Shown here one piece after another: positions 38,724 through 53,313 of a stretch of 64,000 nucleotides of DNA. Under the pieces are notes generated by a model that searched no databases, had not been told where the DNA came from, and saw only the letters and a list, made by a program, of their open reading frames with translations. The number at the start of each line of letters is the position of its first letter. Within the stretch, counting starts at the first letter, position 1. The position numbers and the translations under genes were made by a program. The DNA is from Octopus vulgaris (taxonomy: Eukaryota): positions 202,058,001 to 202,122,000 of the forward strand of contig OX597815.1 in assembly GCA_951406725.2 (NCBI GenBank). Direction: 5' to 3'.

Positions 38724-38789
38724 ATGTAAACTTGCAAGGTACTGCACGAGTAAAAATATATAGGAAAGAGGGTTTGAAAATGCAGAGGT

Positions 38790-39545
38790 CTTTACACATA
38801 CATACATACACACACACAAGCACGCACGCTCACACAAACACTCACACACGTATACACACACACTGCACAAACAAAACATTCACAATAATACGCCCAAATA
38901 TATGCATGTACCACAAAGAAAAATATCTTACACACTTGCACTCACATGTACGCACAACAAATATAGCACACCCTCATGTGCACACACACCCGAAAACTAC
39001 TTAAACCACATCTACCTAAACACATACACACACACAAACGCATACTCTATACAAACATGAACAGTACGTACACGCACACACATATACACACTACCCAAAT
39101 AAACGTAACACACACAGGCACACACAGAATCCCTGACAAATACAACACATACATATACACACCCACACACACACACATATATACACCTTCACACACATAT
39201 ACGGATGCACACACACACACCACCCGGACAATTATAACACTACAAACACACAGACGTAGACACACACGTAAACTCACGTACACGCACATAACATCCCCAC
39301 CAACACAACACACATAAACATACACACACACACATGCACACACAGACGCACACATACACATACACACGAACAAACACATACACACACAAACGTGCACACA
39401 TACACGCACCACACACATACACAGACCGATACACACACCACACTGAACTCTAAGACCAATAATAAAACCACATACACAAATGCAAGCACATATATACATA
39501 TATACACACAGATATAGAAACGTGCACAGAGACACACACTCACAC
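38790..39545. repeat. Degenerate (CA)-rich low-complexity region
   Basis: Directly visible. Confidence 0.9.
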
Positions 39546-39887
39546 CATTTTGAACTCTAAGACCAGTCCCCAAAACTACTGAACCGTGACAGACTAGGCC
39601 AGAAACAAAAGAAATCCTTTTGTTCCTGCAATGCTCTCCCCCACCAACCAACCGCCATCACTATTTCTAAAAATAGCAAACATTTCTTATACATACACAC
39701 AAGAGTGGAGATGAAGGATGGAAATGTCAATCAGCCCCATAAGATTCTTTATAGAAACTTAAATATGATTCTCCTGTATATATGCTTCTATACAACCATG
39801 AGTTTTGATGAAATTAAAATGGTTATAAATTTATTTTACTACCTATTTTGAACATTTTCCTGTAAACTGTTTAAACAAAAATTCCCC

Positions 39888-39985
39888 CTTAACATTTTCT
39901 TATCATTTTCAAAGATTCAATTTCTTAACATTTTCTTATCATTTTCAAAGATTCAATTTCTTAACATTTTCTTATCATTATCAAA
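39888..39985. repeat. 36-bp minisatellite, ~2.7 copies
   Basis: cttaacattttcttatcattttcaaagattcaattt is repeated. Confidence 0.9.
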
Positions 39986-40559
39986 AACATTATAACTATA
40001 TTTTAACACAACTATGATAACCATTTTTTAACACAGCAAAGCCTGCACAAAGCCTTACATTTTAATTTTGATAATCTTATTTTAAAGAAGTGAACCCGGT
40101 CAAGTCTTTAAAACACCTCTGCATTTTCAAACCCTCTTTCCTATATATGTGTGTGTGTGCATGCGCGCGTGTGCGTGTGTGTGTGTTGTGTGTGTGTGTG
40201 TGTGAGTACTCATGTGTCCGAATATGTGGGTGTATGTGTCAACTGTTTATATCAGTTCGTGTGTATAAGTTGTATGAATATGTCTGTTTGTGTTGTGTGA
40301 GTGTTTGCGAATATGTGAGCATAAGTGTCTGCTGTATACGCATGGGTTCGCGAACGTGTTTAGAAGACATATATGGATGTCTGCATATCGACAACTTGTG
40401 AACATAAATATATACATTATTGTACTTATGTGTGTACGCCCAATGAGCGCGTGTTTGTCTGGAAGAATATTATGCGTACGCGCGTTTGTATCTGGTGTGT
40501 ATGTGGTTATATATATTACGCATGCTTTTGTTATTTATGTGATCACGCTTGACTGATTT

Positions 40560-41220
40560 ATTCTAGTGTGGATGCAACAGCATCGCGAGGGGTTTAACTT
40601 AGCGTTGGATTGAGAGTGTTTGTAGTGTTAAGGGTAGGAAGAAAGAGAGAATTAAACATACGTACATAGATGTATGTGCATGTATACGTGTGCCCACGCA
40701 TCTACATATATGGAGACAAGCGTAGGAGGTTCCGTGGGATGCTTGAAGATTGAAAGTGTTCTACACAGCCATTGGTGGTTAGGAATCCTGCCCTTGGTAG
40801 CGCATCCAGAGCTGAGGTGCAACGAATGTTAAGGTGATGTATATGAGTTGTTTGCGTACCTCTGATGGCAGCAATAAAATAGTTCGTATTTCCTGTTGAT
40901 AGATACTGCAGGTTGGTGCAGAATATGTAGTTTTTCGCGGGAACACACCTGGCAATTGCTGTCACTGGGTGAGTAAAATAAGGTCTTTGTCGCAAATGGT
41001 TCATTCGATGTTGGAGCCGCGAAGTCTCCAGAAGAAATGAGACAAAGAGCCGGAATTCTCTCTATCATTACAACTAACTGAAAGCTTATGTGGCGTGTAT
41101 ATTCTCTTAATGTCAGTGGCCATAGTGCCCGTGTAGTTCCCTGTGATCTCTTCGGATAGTGTGAGGGTGGTTCTGTATACTTCAACATCGGTGCGTGTGG
41201 TGGTGGTAGTGAGTGACAAA
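40560..41220 (-). mobile_element. Possible degenerate retroelement ORF remnant (unclassified)
   Basis: Three overlapping, frameshifted minus-strand ORFs in a GC-richer block; no diagnostic motif. Confidence 0.25.
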
Positions 41221-43345
41221 CATATTTCGATATATAATATTTATGTTGTTGTATGGCAATGTGTTTTAACTCGTTAGATATACCATAGATGTTGCAATTA
41301 GTTAGTTCCTTGATGGAATATACACACAGAAATATTCAATTATTCGAGCTGTGTTGAAAAACAACGGATGTGTCAATTGATGCAAGTTTCTCAGCACTTA
41401 TATATTGTTACAATTATATAATATACATCTTCATGAATTCGACAACTAAAAATCATGATATATTGTGTAACTTTTCTGATATACGTTACGATAATTTCCA
41501 ATAGTATCAGCATTGTTTTATGCAATAAAACCTACCATACTGCATTCATTAATTCACAAAGTGTTACATTTTTCTTCAATTATGATTTTTCATTTTTATT
41601 TTATATTCACAAATAGTTTCTTTTTGTAAATAAATAGAAAAAAAAATTCTGCTGCAAATTGATACAGATAGAAATCGAAAAATCGACATGAAACGAATTT
41701 GATATTAACAGTACCCCCTGTCATTTCACTTCCATGAAATTAATTAAATAATAGCAGAGACTATAGAAAGATAATTTTAATTGAAGTTACAATAAAACAT
41801 AATCTGATGGCCAAAAAAATAGACGGTATGTCTGAAAGATAAATAAATGAGATGAAGACTGAAAAGAAAGCTTGTCAATCATGAGTATATCAATGAATTA
41901 CAAATTTGAAGCGATATATTAACAATGTTTATCGGGAGAAAAAGATAAAATCATCATCTTATTCATTCTGCCTCTAGCGCGTAGTTTCATTTTTTTTTCT
42001 TCTATTTCTCCTACTTTAGTTTTATTGAAGTTAATTAGCTACACGCCACGAATTTCCTTTCATCTCATTCTATCTTGTTTCGCTTCCTTCAGTGTTTTTT
42101 GAAGATTATACTGATCGACTATTGTTCAATTATAGAAATATTTTACCGCAATAAACTTTAAGAAAAAAAATACAACATATTCTACATCATATACTACAAC
42201 GTATATATAATTCTGTGATGATCTGTATGCGAATGTGCGCGTTTATGTTTAAGATGCTGGTTGTGACTTCGTTAAACTTCGAAGAGGGAAACGTCGACGT
42301 CAAAGTGAAACATTATGACTCAAATAGCTGAGTCCATATAATATACTGAATCGTTTCTTTAGTTAAGGTTTGTTGCTCTTAATCATGAAAAAGATGATAG
42401 TTATTATATGTGGTTATAGTCGACTCACTATCTTGCTTGATCATATTTGAGTCGAAAGGCCATTTTCAATGAATCACATTTCGGATAGTGTTACACTTCA
42501 ATGGAATATGCAACTATATATGATATGTAAACGGTCACTAAACCAGGCTACAGCAAATATACACGTTCCATGATATCACGCAACTGAGAAAACCATCTAG
42601 ATGGGGATATTGTGTAGCAAAATAGTGTAATACAACGACTGCTATAGCGGAAATTCTGAAATATCCTTGCGGTCAAAACGTTCGCAAAATTTGTCTGGTC
42701 TCAGAAGTTGGTTTCAAAACATAGTAATATAGCAATTTTATGAGCACAAATATTTAAGCAATGTGAATGGTTCTATATAGGCCATAAGAAGTTAAAAAGA
42801 AAAGGTTGGAGAATTTATACGTTACGTTTCTGCACCTGTATATGTGCAGAATATGAGAAGGTCTGTTTTGCGTTGTTTTATATTCTTTTAGCTGGAACTG
42901 TTTTTCAGCCTACTGTATCCCAAACTTTGCAGTCCTCATGAAGCCATGTTAATAGAATTATAAGCTTAGTCATCTGCAGCCGAGAAAGTACGTATTGTGC
43001 TGTCGTACAGGTTAATCAAAATTCGTTTTGTAGTTTCATATACTTTTATTAATTCTATATACGATAGATAAATCTATTTAGTCAACGAAATAAATCGGTA
43101 GTATTAACTTATATTATCCTTACAAAATTGCTGACGTTGTGCGTCAAGTTAATTCATGGAAGAACATGGAATGTGTGAGTGTATGTGTGTGTGTGTACAA
43201 TTTTTCGCTCACATTCGCTTCTACTACAATATGAAACAATAAATCCTGTTGCATATTTAGCACGCTGGTGCCTAGCTTCTTGTTAGCTTGCTTGGTAGAG
43301 ACTTTGATAAAGGGTGAGACCAATTCTTCCAAGAAAGTATATATA

Positions 43346-43577
43346 GGCGCAGGAGTGGCTGTGTGGTAAGTAGCTTGCTAACCAACCACATGGTTCCGGG
43401 TTCAGTCTCACTGCGTGGCATCTTGGGCAAGTGTCTTCTGCTATAGCCCCGGGCCGACCAATGCCTTGTGAGTGGATTTGGTAGATGGAAACTGAAGCCT
43501 GTCGTATATATGTATATGCTGGTGTAGGTGGTGCTCCAGCATGGCCGCAGTCAAATGACTGAAACAAGTAAAAGAGT
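43346..43577 (+). mobile_element. SINE family A, internally deleted
   Basis: Head and tail joined at gctggtgt|aggtggtgctccagc. Confidence 0.9.
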
Positions 43578-44033
43578 ATACTTTTATTTATATATAAACG
43601 AACATATCTGTTTAAGCCAATAAACTTGGAAGAAACATATGTTGAATGGAAGTGTGGCTTCTCTGATGTTGTTACATATACTTCCACTTACAGGACATCT
43701 GTTTAGAGGATTCAGACATATAAGGAAGGACACTTGCATCGTACAAATCTTCCTTAAGAATTTTATGTCAGATGTGTCAGGTGCTTCGCTGTATTTCTGG
43801 ACACGACAGCTGACTTCTTCAAATTTATACGATAGTCATATCAGTTACATCTACTAAGAGAGAATACCAACATTTATATAGTTTGCTCACACGTGATGCA
43901 AGGGGAAATCCATTTGATAGGCATGATCTATTACGAAACATTTTCCAGTGATTTGACGCCCTTCTTTCAAGCACAGTACATACATGCATATAGGCGTGTG
44001 CACGTGCGAGAGCGTGTGCATGTGTGTGTGTAT

Positions 44034-44110
<77 letters not shown>

Positions 44111-45404
44111 CGCATGTGTGTATGAGTGGAAATATCTGTGCCGGTGTATAACGTGATTACTTTAGAAACTAATATAAAATGGTGGATAGAAATTGCTTAC
44201 AAAATCAAATTAGTTTATAATTCTATTTAAGTCGAAGAACACACGATGGGCACTACTGATTCAACTGTACGTTCTTCCAACTTTCTCATGATGGATCACT
44301 CAAGAGATTGCAATGCATGTGTCCATATCTATTTGGAAATAAATAAATACACAGTATTCTAAAATAATTAGCAATGTATTGTACAAACTGCTACTTCCCC
44401 AATTTTAATTATGTAATACATATATATTTGAGGAAGTTTTGTTTATATATATATATATATATATGTATGTGTATATGTATATATATATTCATATATTACA
44501 TAAATATATATAATATATGTATACATATATATATACATATACAAATGTAAATTTATATATATATCCATGTATCTATATATGTATATATACATATATATGT
44601 GTGTATATATACGCATGCATAGATGAACATACACATGCTTATATATATACATATTTGTATATATATACATATATACACATATACGCATGTGCATATAAGT
44701 ATGTGTGTGTTTAGGTGTTAGTGTGTGTATGTACTGCACGTGTGACTCTATTCCATTTTAAATCGTATATAACATCTACATATTCGCACTTCGATTTCTG
44801 TTGTCGGATAATGTTATTTATGAGATACGCAGCGGTTAATAATTGTCGTGATGACAAACTAACGTAAACTTTAAAAGACATCAGTTGATATAATTTCTCC
44901 TATCTATCATTTTAGATACTTACGAGAAATGTTGCAATTGTATATAATTAGATGCTAGAATTTCTAAGAACTATATCGTAATTTCACTTTATTGCCACTC
45001 ACTTCAAACGATGTTTATTGAATTTAAATATCAGTATGTTTCCTTTATGTTTCTCGTGTTTGGCTAAAGTTAATTAAATTTTTGATATGAAGAAAACTTA
45101 AGAATATTTTCATAATTATTCATTTACATTTTCAAATATATGTATGTTATATCCACAATATGAATTTCGTCTGAATGATATATATATATACCTCAAAATA
45201 TTTACAATATGCGTTATGGAATATTTGTTTCTTTTTTATAACTGTAAATTGAAATACCCAGACTAAGGAAAGCAAATCGCCTGCCTCTATACATGTGTAG
45301 ATATATATTTTTACTTATTCATGCATGAGTACGTGTTAAAATTGTTTTAATAAGAAATCATGTGTAGAAAATTTTAAACACATAAGTATACACAAACAGA
45401 CACA

Positions 45405-46020
45405 GATAGGTAGAAAATAGATAGATGGATAGATAGATAGAAAATGCATGTAGGTAGGTAGGTAGACAGGCAGGCAGGCAGGCAGGCAGGTAGGTAGGTA
45501 GGCAGGTAGGTAGGTAGGTAGGTAGGTAGGTAGGTAGGTAGGTAGGTAGGTAGGTAGGTAGGTAGGTAGGTAGGTAGGTAGGTAGGTAGGTAGGTAGATA
45601 GGTAGGTAGGCAGGTAGGTAGGTCGGTCGGTCTGTCGGACGGCATGTTGGTATGTAGTTAGGTTGGTAGACAGGTAAGTATGTAGATTCGTAGGTAGGGA
45701 AAGTAGGAAGGTAAGTAGGTAGTAGGTAGGCAGACGGATAGGTAGGTAGGTAGGTAGGTAGGTAGGTAGGTAGGTAGGTAGGTAGGTATACAGATAGGTA
45801 GAAAGGTATATAAGTAGGTAGTTTGGTAGGTAGATAGGTAGGTAGGTAGGTAGGCAGGTAGGTAGTTAGGTAGGTAGGCAGACAGATAGGTAGGTAGGTA
45901 GGTAGGTAGGTAGGTAGGTAGGTAGGTAGGTAGGTAGGTAGGTAGGTAGGTAGGTAGGTAGCTATGTATGTCGGTCGACAGGTTGGTATGCAGTTAGGTT
46001 GGTAGGTAGGTTGGTAGGTT
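45405..46020. repeat. (TAGG)n/(CAGG)n satellite with duplicated variant blocks
   Basis: Directly visible. Confidence 0.95.
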
Positions 46021-46459
46021 TGTAATTAGATGACTGGAAATTATGCAATGAACTTCATTAACTTGCTGCTGTTTCTGCTGTGATCGATACCCAAGCAGAA
46101 ACGGAGTAATGAAGAAATTATGTAATGAAGTACATAACGTACTTTCCTGTTTCCGTGTCATTTATTTACTTTGATATTACACTCTATACTCGACTTATGC
46201 TTTCTTCTACTAAAACATATGTACATTGAGTTCAGGTTTTTACACCAGGTTATTAGTGTCAATATACCTTAGCAATATATTAATATATGTAGATATGAAA
46301 ATTGACCAGATAAGAAAAGTGAAGAGAGATATTAGATATTTATTCCATTAGCTGTTTCGTAATTTGATGTCCCATTAGCTGTTATGTAATCTCTGCTAGG
46401 AAGATAAGTTGTGTTATATCATCCGTCAAATACATACAAATTGATATTCATATGACTAC

Positions 46460-46760
46460 AGGCGTAGCTGTACGGTAAGGAGTTTGCTTCACAGCATCAT
46501 AGTTCAATGTTCTGCTAATGCGTGGCAACTTGAACAAATATGTTCTACTATAGTCTCAGACTAGAAAAAAACCTTGTGATGGAGATGGTGGACGGAAACT
46601 GCAAGAACCCCAACGTACAAATATGCATATTTGTGTGACTGTGTCTCTTTTATATTTTATTTGCTTCAGTAATTACACTGCCCCCATGCTGGAGCACCGC
46701 CCTGTATTTTTGTCGAGTGAATCGACCCCAGTACTTATATATTAAGCCTGGTACTTTTTC
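46460..46760. mobile_element. Old SINE family A head (+) followed by an inverted tail (-)
   Basis: ggcgtagctgtacggtaag...gacggaaactgcaagaaccc, then ccatgctggagcaccgcc. Confidence 0.7.
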
Positions 46761-46810
46761 TCTTATTTAGACCACCAAAATAATAACATTGAAAACAACA
46801 AATTCAACAG

Positions 46811-46975
46811 GGCGTAGGAGTGGCTGTGTGGTAAGTAGCTTGCTTACCAACCACATGGTTCCGAGTTCAGTCCTACTGCGTGGCACCTTGGGCAAGTGAC
46901 TTCTAGTATAGCCTCGAGTCGACCAAAGCCTTGTGAGTGGATTTGGTAGACGGAAACTGAAAGAAGCCCCTCGTA

Positions 46976-47032
<57 letters not shown>

Positions 47033-47268
47033 GTATGTGTGTGTATATGTTTGTGTGTCGGTGTTTGTCCCACCAACATCGCTTGACAACCGATGCTGGT
47101 GTGTTTACGTCCCCGTCACTTAGCGGTTCGGCAAAAGAGAGCGATGAATAAGTACTAGGCTTACAAAGAATAAGTCCCGGGGTCGATTTGCTCGACTAAA
47201 GGCGGTTCTCCAGCATGGCCGCTGTCAAATGACTGAAAGAAATAAAAGAGTAAAAAAGAGTAAAGAGT
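46811..47268 (+). mobile_element. SINE family A, full length
   Basis: Homologous to other copies. Confidence 0.9.
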
Positions 47269-48031
47269 ATACTAGCAGATCGAAAAAAATCTTTCACATA
47301 CCAATATAGCAAAAAGCTACATATTTAATGGCACAGGTATATATGTGGGCCGGTTTCTAGTTTGATATAAAAATCTTACCTTCTTTTGCACATCTTGACC
47401 TTTTGAAGTACTATCCGAATCTGCCACGATGAAATCTGCTGGCGTCCTTCAAATATGCTGGCGCCAAAATGCGGACAGCCTCAGAGTGAGAAGTTCTAAT
47501 CAGCACTAAATTAATCGGCACAGGTATATATTATAAAGATACCTCTGTTTGCACATCTTGACCTGTTGAAGTACTATCCGAAGGCAATGTAAATAGTTGA
47601 TAATAACAGAAATATTATCATAGGTTTGCAGACCCTAACAATAAGCATTATATAGCTAAAGAATTAAAATTATATTAAACAAATATATTTCTTCGAATTT
47701 AAGCGAAAATAATCATCATATATTGTTTACTTCATTATGGTTATCTGAAACTGAATTGGTGTTGTAGTCAGTAATATTAATTAACTTTGTGATCAATGAA
47801 GAAAGATTAAGGATGGCATTCGTCCTGAATTGAGTCCATGCGAAACAACAATGGCCACCAAATGTCTCATTCGTTTTTATTTTAAGAAATCCGCCCAATA
47901 ATATATTTCATCTCTTTCGTACAACTGATTCCTATTTCATTTACTACAAAATCAACTGCCATCACACGCAATATTTCCACACACGGTCTTTTTTATGCAT
48001 TCCGGTCTGAAACACGTCATATCATTTGCTT

Positions 48032-48420
48032 GTGGAGGCGCAATGGCCCAGTAGTTAGGGCAGTGGACTCGCGGTCATAGGATCGCGGTTTCGATTCCCA
48101 GACCGGTCGTTGTGAGTGTTTATTGAGTGAAAACACCTAAAAGCTCCACGAGACTCCGGCAGGGGATGGTGGTGATCCCTGCTGTACTCTTTCACCCCAA
48201 CTGTCTCTCACTCTTACTTCCTGTTTCTGTTGTACCTGTATTTCAAAGGGCCGGCCTTGTCACTCTCTGTGTCACGCTGAATATCCCCGAGAACTACGTT
48301 ATGGGTACACGTGTCTGTGGAGTGCTCAGCCACTTACACGTTAATTTCACGAGCAGGCTGTTCCGTTGATTCGGATCAACTGGAATTCTCGTCGTTGTAA
48401 CCGACGAAGTGCTTCCATCC
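48032..48420 (+). mobile_element. tRNA-derived SINE (family C), full length, with 11-bp TSD
   Basis: ggaggcgcaatggcccagtagttaggg...ggtttcgattccc (A/B boxes); TSD atcatttgctt at 48021-48031 and 48421-48431. Confidence 0.9.
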
Positions 48421-48954
48421 ATCATTTGCTTATTTATTGTTGAGTGATTTAAATTTAAAAAACAATATGAGCAATTATTCCTTTTAAAATTATTATTGAG
48501 CGCTTTCTATTAAACTTTAATTCGCGTAGTTGAACTTGGATTAAAAATATTTCCTAAAAGATTTTCAGATTCTGAAGTAAGATATTTGCATATATATTCA
48601 ATGAGACAACGACCAAAAGCGACTATAAATATTCTTTACCTAAAATTGATAAAATTATTTGTGTCCTGTTATATTTTTCCTTGGCGTATGGAGCGAACCT
48701 GTTCTACATATATACGTGGTTTTCATATCGGTGATGTGCGAGAAGCGTTTAACTTTCCATGATTATCAATATGTTTCTATTCTATGTAAAACTTACCGTC
48801 TGGGCATACCTAGAGTAATTATATTCATGAATTTTAATGAAAATATATATATTTGACTAGCACCAAGTTGATCATTACTACCGAGTTATGAGTGCTATAT
48901 ATATACGATGTAATGATGTTTCTTGATAAAAAGAAACTAAAGTTTGATAAAAAA

Positions 48955-49215
48955 AATAATAAATAAATGCGCCCTTTTTAAAACCTAGCCAGGCTCAAGG
49001 GCCCAGTTTCCCGGCTGCTATGGCGTATGTGTTTCCCAGCTGGACGGGACGCCGGTCCATCGCAGCATTACTCGTTTTTGCCAGCTGAGCGGACTGGAGC
49101 AACCTGAAATGAAATGTTTTGCTGAAGAACACAACGCGTCTCCCGGTCCAGGAATCGAAACCACAATCTTAAGATCATTATGCTGACACCCTAACCACTA
49201 GCCACGCGCCTCCAG
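48955..49215 (-). mobile_element. tRNA-derived SINE (family D)
   Basis: Minus: ggaggcgcgtggctagtggttaggg...ggtttcgattcctggacc...gcgatggaccggcgtcccgtccag; (TTTA)-type tail. Confidence 0.85.
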
Positions 49216-50315
49216 AACTTTTAATATAAGCAGTCGTAAATATTTGTGTCTCTGTGACACTGTTTGTGGGCTTTCCTTTTAGTAATCTTAACAGCTATTT
49301 TTAATATAATTTCGGCGGTATTTTTACATTGAGATCTTCAAAGGATTATAAAGCAGAGTATTTGGTTGAGCATTTTAGTGTTCCGAAAGAGCAGTTTGTA
49401 TGTTACTAAATTTGGAATCTACATTTACTAGTCTTTAATCGATAGCAATTATATGGCTTTGCAAAGAAATATGATATATTTATAGCTAATATTTCACATA
49501 GATTTACATATACGTGAAGAAATGACAATTATACATTCATTTGTTTCCATTTGTTTCGATTTCATACCTTTTTATAGTTATTCATCAGCCTTCACAGGAT
49601 TTTGGTATTTCTTTTTTTAATATTAAGAACAAAAAATATTATTGAATGGGAATGCTCTTCTCATTCATTCTAACGTATAGTGAGACTCATTTACTTATTT
49701 TCATCACTAATATAATTTTTTTTTAAATAGCTATTTAGAGTAATCGGTTTAAGAGATGAAATTTATGATCACACTTAAATGCTAATGCATGCGAAGATTT
49801 ATTATGGGAGATTGCTGTCAAGTACCTCTTTATATTAATTTAGACTTCCAGTAATATTGTGGTCGGTTTATCTAAATTTCAATTTAAGATGTATACACAA
49901 TTTCACTAACTTGCTTTAATTCAACAACATAGAGATAAATAAGAAAATTCTGTAATCAGTTAATAATTGAACTGTCTTGATTTTGTTACGTTAATAATTT
50001 TCAGGTATAGCCATCAGTTGGAAGGAATTACAAAACTTTTCATCTAGTCATCAATGGTAGTAACGTTATGGCATATGAGATATCTGATATTACAATTAGC
50101 TAATCATCATTTTCAAAAGTAGGGCAATATCTAACCTAATGCATTTGAATTGTGGATCTAAGAAAAACAAAATGTTAATTATATGACATAGAGCGTACTT
50201 AATTGTGGAAGTCAGCTTTAATCAACCAGATGTAAGTGTTGTAAGTTAAAAGTTACAGGAGTAGTGATGTGCAGATCTACAATTGTCCTAATATTTCTAA
50301 TACACATACGCACAC

Positions 50316-50358
<43 letters not shown>

Positions 50359-51387
50359 AAGAGATATATACAAAGAGAGAGAGAGAGAGAGAGAGAGAGT
50401 AATTCTATCTCATATATTTGCGTTTCTGCTAACATAATTAATTATCTCATATATTTAGCTATTTTTCTATTCATATTTTCCACATCTTTATTTTGAGAAC
50501 ACTCTTTACTTTTTCTTAGACTAGGTGTATATAAATGTTTGTATGCTTCATACTTATGTTGAAGCGGTTTGCGAAACATTGTTAATACTCGACTCTTGTG
50601 ATAATGTATGTCAATGCATAAGCCTTTATTGACATTTTTCTCACATGAATATATTTAATGTAAATTTGTACTAAACATTTACACAAGTGTTATTCCCTGT
50701 AATAGGATGACCATTCAGAGAAATGATATATGTCGATGTATTATATTATTTTGTGTGTATTTTGATGGCGGTAGCACAGTGTTACAGTGAAACATTAGTG
50801 ATATGAAGGCCATGGACCCCCAAACGTGTGAAGCATGAAACGACTTTGAAACGCCATCGTCTATTTCGCATCATGGTAGCATAATTCCCACTTATACGCA
50901 TCATTAATAGAATAAGCGGAACAAAACTTGACTGTTACGTGAATTTATTGGCCTCAAAACTGAAAGAAAAAATGTGTTCTGCGATATTTGAAATCAGAAC
51001 GGAGACAACGCGAACGAAAACTGCATGGCATTTTATTTAAACCCACCCCTGACGAATCTGCCAAGCACATACATATATCAAAATAATAATTACTGCAAAG
51101 TTGTAGATATTTGAACGATGATGTTCTAAAGTGTATCGTGACTCGGAAATTGATGACGTGTTATTATATATGTGTGTGTGGGTATGAGAGTGTGTATTTG
51201 TGTGTATGTGTGTGTAAAAAGGTTGAATTTTATTTCATCCTTTGCTTTGGATTGTTCCAAAGAGACGATTTCTAACATTCTTTATTATTTTTTGGTAGCT
51301 TACTGGCGTAAGTTTTTGCGAATATAAATCATATTATTTCTATATGGTGTGTTATAAGAAATTTATGGAAAGTTACCCTATAGAAGT

Positions 51388-51461
<74 letters not shown>

Positions 51462-51520
51462 CTGTTAAGAAAAGCCAGGATGCATTGCGCTACGCTACTT
51501 TATATAAATATGTAAGTATA

Positions 51521-51569
<49 letters not shown>

Positions 51570-51600
51570 AAAATAGGCAACAAAAATAACTTCGGTAATT

Positions 51601-51684
51601 TGGTACGATCGCTTCACGCTACATCATTTTATTAAATATTGTAAGTATTACAACAGTTTTAAAATGTTGAGCAATCATCAGCCA
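51601..51684 (-). ncRNA. Type I hammerhead-like motif with long stem II (GAAG variant)
   Basis: Minus: TGG CTGATGA [59-nt hairpin] GAAG CGATCG TA CCA. Confidence 0.6.
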
Positions 51685-51819
51685 TTAATAGAAGCTTTCC
51701 ATTAATACATAATTTTCATATCAATTGATAACATTATAGAGATGGTAGGTATATACGTATATATATATAAGGTTATCAATTGATATGAAAATTAATTATT
51801 AATGGAAAACCTCTATTAA

Positions 51820-51902
51820 TGGCTGATGATTGCTCAACATTTTAAAACCGTTGTAATACTTACAATATTTAATAAAATGATGTAGCCTGAAACGATCTAC
51901 CA
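51820..51902 (+). ncRNA. Type I hammerhead-like motif with long stem II (1-nt deletion in stem III)
   Basis: TGG CTGATGA(51823-51829) [59-nt hairpin] GAAA(51889-51892) CGATC TA CCA. Confidence 0.6.
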
Positions 51903-52092
51903 AATTACTGAAGTTATTCTTGTTGCCTAATTTTGATTATAATAACCCCATGGAATTATATGGATAACACCATAAAAACTACTGGTGCATCTAACGTAAG
52001 TAACATATTCATTTGAATCTAAATTTTGGTGAACTTATATATATATATATATATAATATAGATCGATATATGTATATTTGTATGTATGTATT

Positions 52093-52320
52093 CCTTTTAT
52101 TCCTTCTACTTGTTTCAGTCATTTGACTGTGGCCATGCTAGAGCGCTGCCCCTTAGGCGAGGAAATTGACCGCGGGATTTATTCTTTGTAAGACTAGTAT
52201 TTATTCTATCGGTCAATTTCGCTAAACCGTTAGGATACAGGTACGTAAAGATACCAAACTCAGTTATCGAGCAGTGGTGTAGAGGCCAGCTAGATATAAA
52301 CGCACATACAAATATACGCG
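52093..52320 (-). mobile_element. SINE family A 3' half, diverged
   Basis: cttgtttcagtcatttgactgtggccatgct...ttattctatcggtc. Confidence 0.75.
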
Positions 52321-52343
52321 TATATATAGACACACACATGCGT

Positions 52344-52411
<68 letters not shown>

Positions 52412-52488
52412 GTGTCTTCCTGGGACTACAAGCTACAGTAGCATCCACCCTTAAGGGTTAGCCACATTTAAGTGGTAAATATACATCA

Positions 52489-52627
<139 letters not shown>

Positions 52628-52784
52628 TATATATACACGCACATATATATATAAATTAAAAAGAACACCATTTATCAATTCAATAATGAAAAATTAAATT
52701 ATACCATTTAGAAAAATTACATATTATAGAAAGATTAATTATAAGATAAAACATAACAATGATTAAGTAATTCTTTCTTTTTTT

Positions 52785-52966
52785 TTTTTACTTGTTTCAG
52801 GCATTTGACTGTGGTCATTCTGGAGCAGCCCCTTTAGTCGAGTAAATCGACGCCAGGACTTATTCTATCGGTGTCTTTTGCCGATCTGCTATGTTACGTG
52901 GACGTAAACACACCAGCATTGGTTTCAAGCGATGTTTGGGGAGGGGGAACAGACACACAAACACAC

Positions 52967-53045
<79 letters not shown>

Positions 53046-53217
53046 CACATATATACGAAGGGCTTCTTTCAGTTTCCGTCTACCAAATCCACTCACAAGG
53101 CTTTGGTCGGCCCGAGGCTATAGTAGAAGGTACTTGTCCAAGGTGCCACGCAGTGGGACTGAACCCGGAACCATGTGGTTCGTAAGCAAGCTACTTACCA
53201 CACAGCCACTTTTGCGC
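52785..53217 (-). mobile_element. SINE family A
   Basis: Reverse complement of the + copies. Confidence 0.9.
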
Positions 53218-53250
53218 TTAATGTGCAAAATAATAAATAAAACGTATATG

Positions 53251-53307
<57 letters not shown>

Positions 53308-53313
<6 letters not shown>

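Larger units (their letters stand above)
51568..52040. mobile_element. (TA)n-flanked fold-back element with ~165-bp inverted arms, each carrying a hammerhead motif
   Basis: Arms 51568-51732 and 51772-51935; the + copy continues to the (TA)n tract at ~52037. Confidence 0.85.

Noticed and set aside
39888-39985. CRISPR-like 36-bp repeats
   Set aside because: Contiguous tandem units without spacers, in eukaryotic DNA with no cas genes.
48032-48110. tRNA gene
   Set aside because: The tRNA-like head continues into a SINE body with a TSD and has no oligo-T terminator; the same applies to the other SINE heads.
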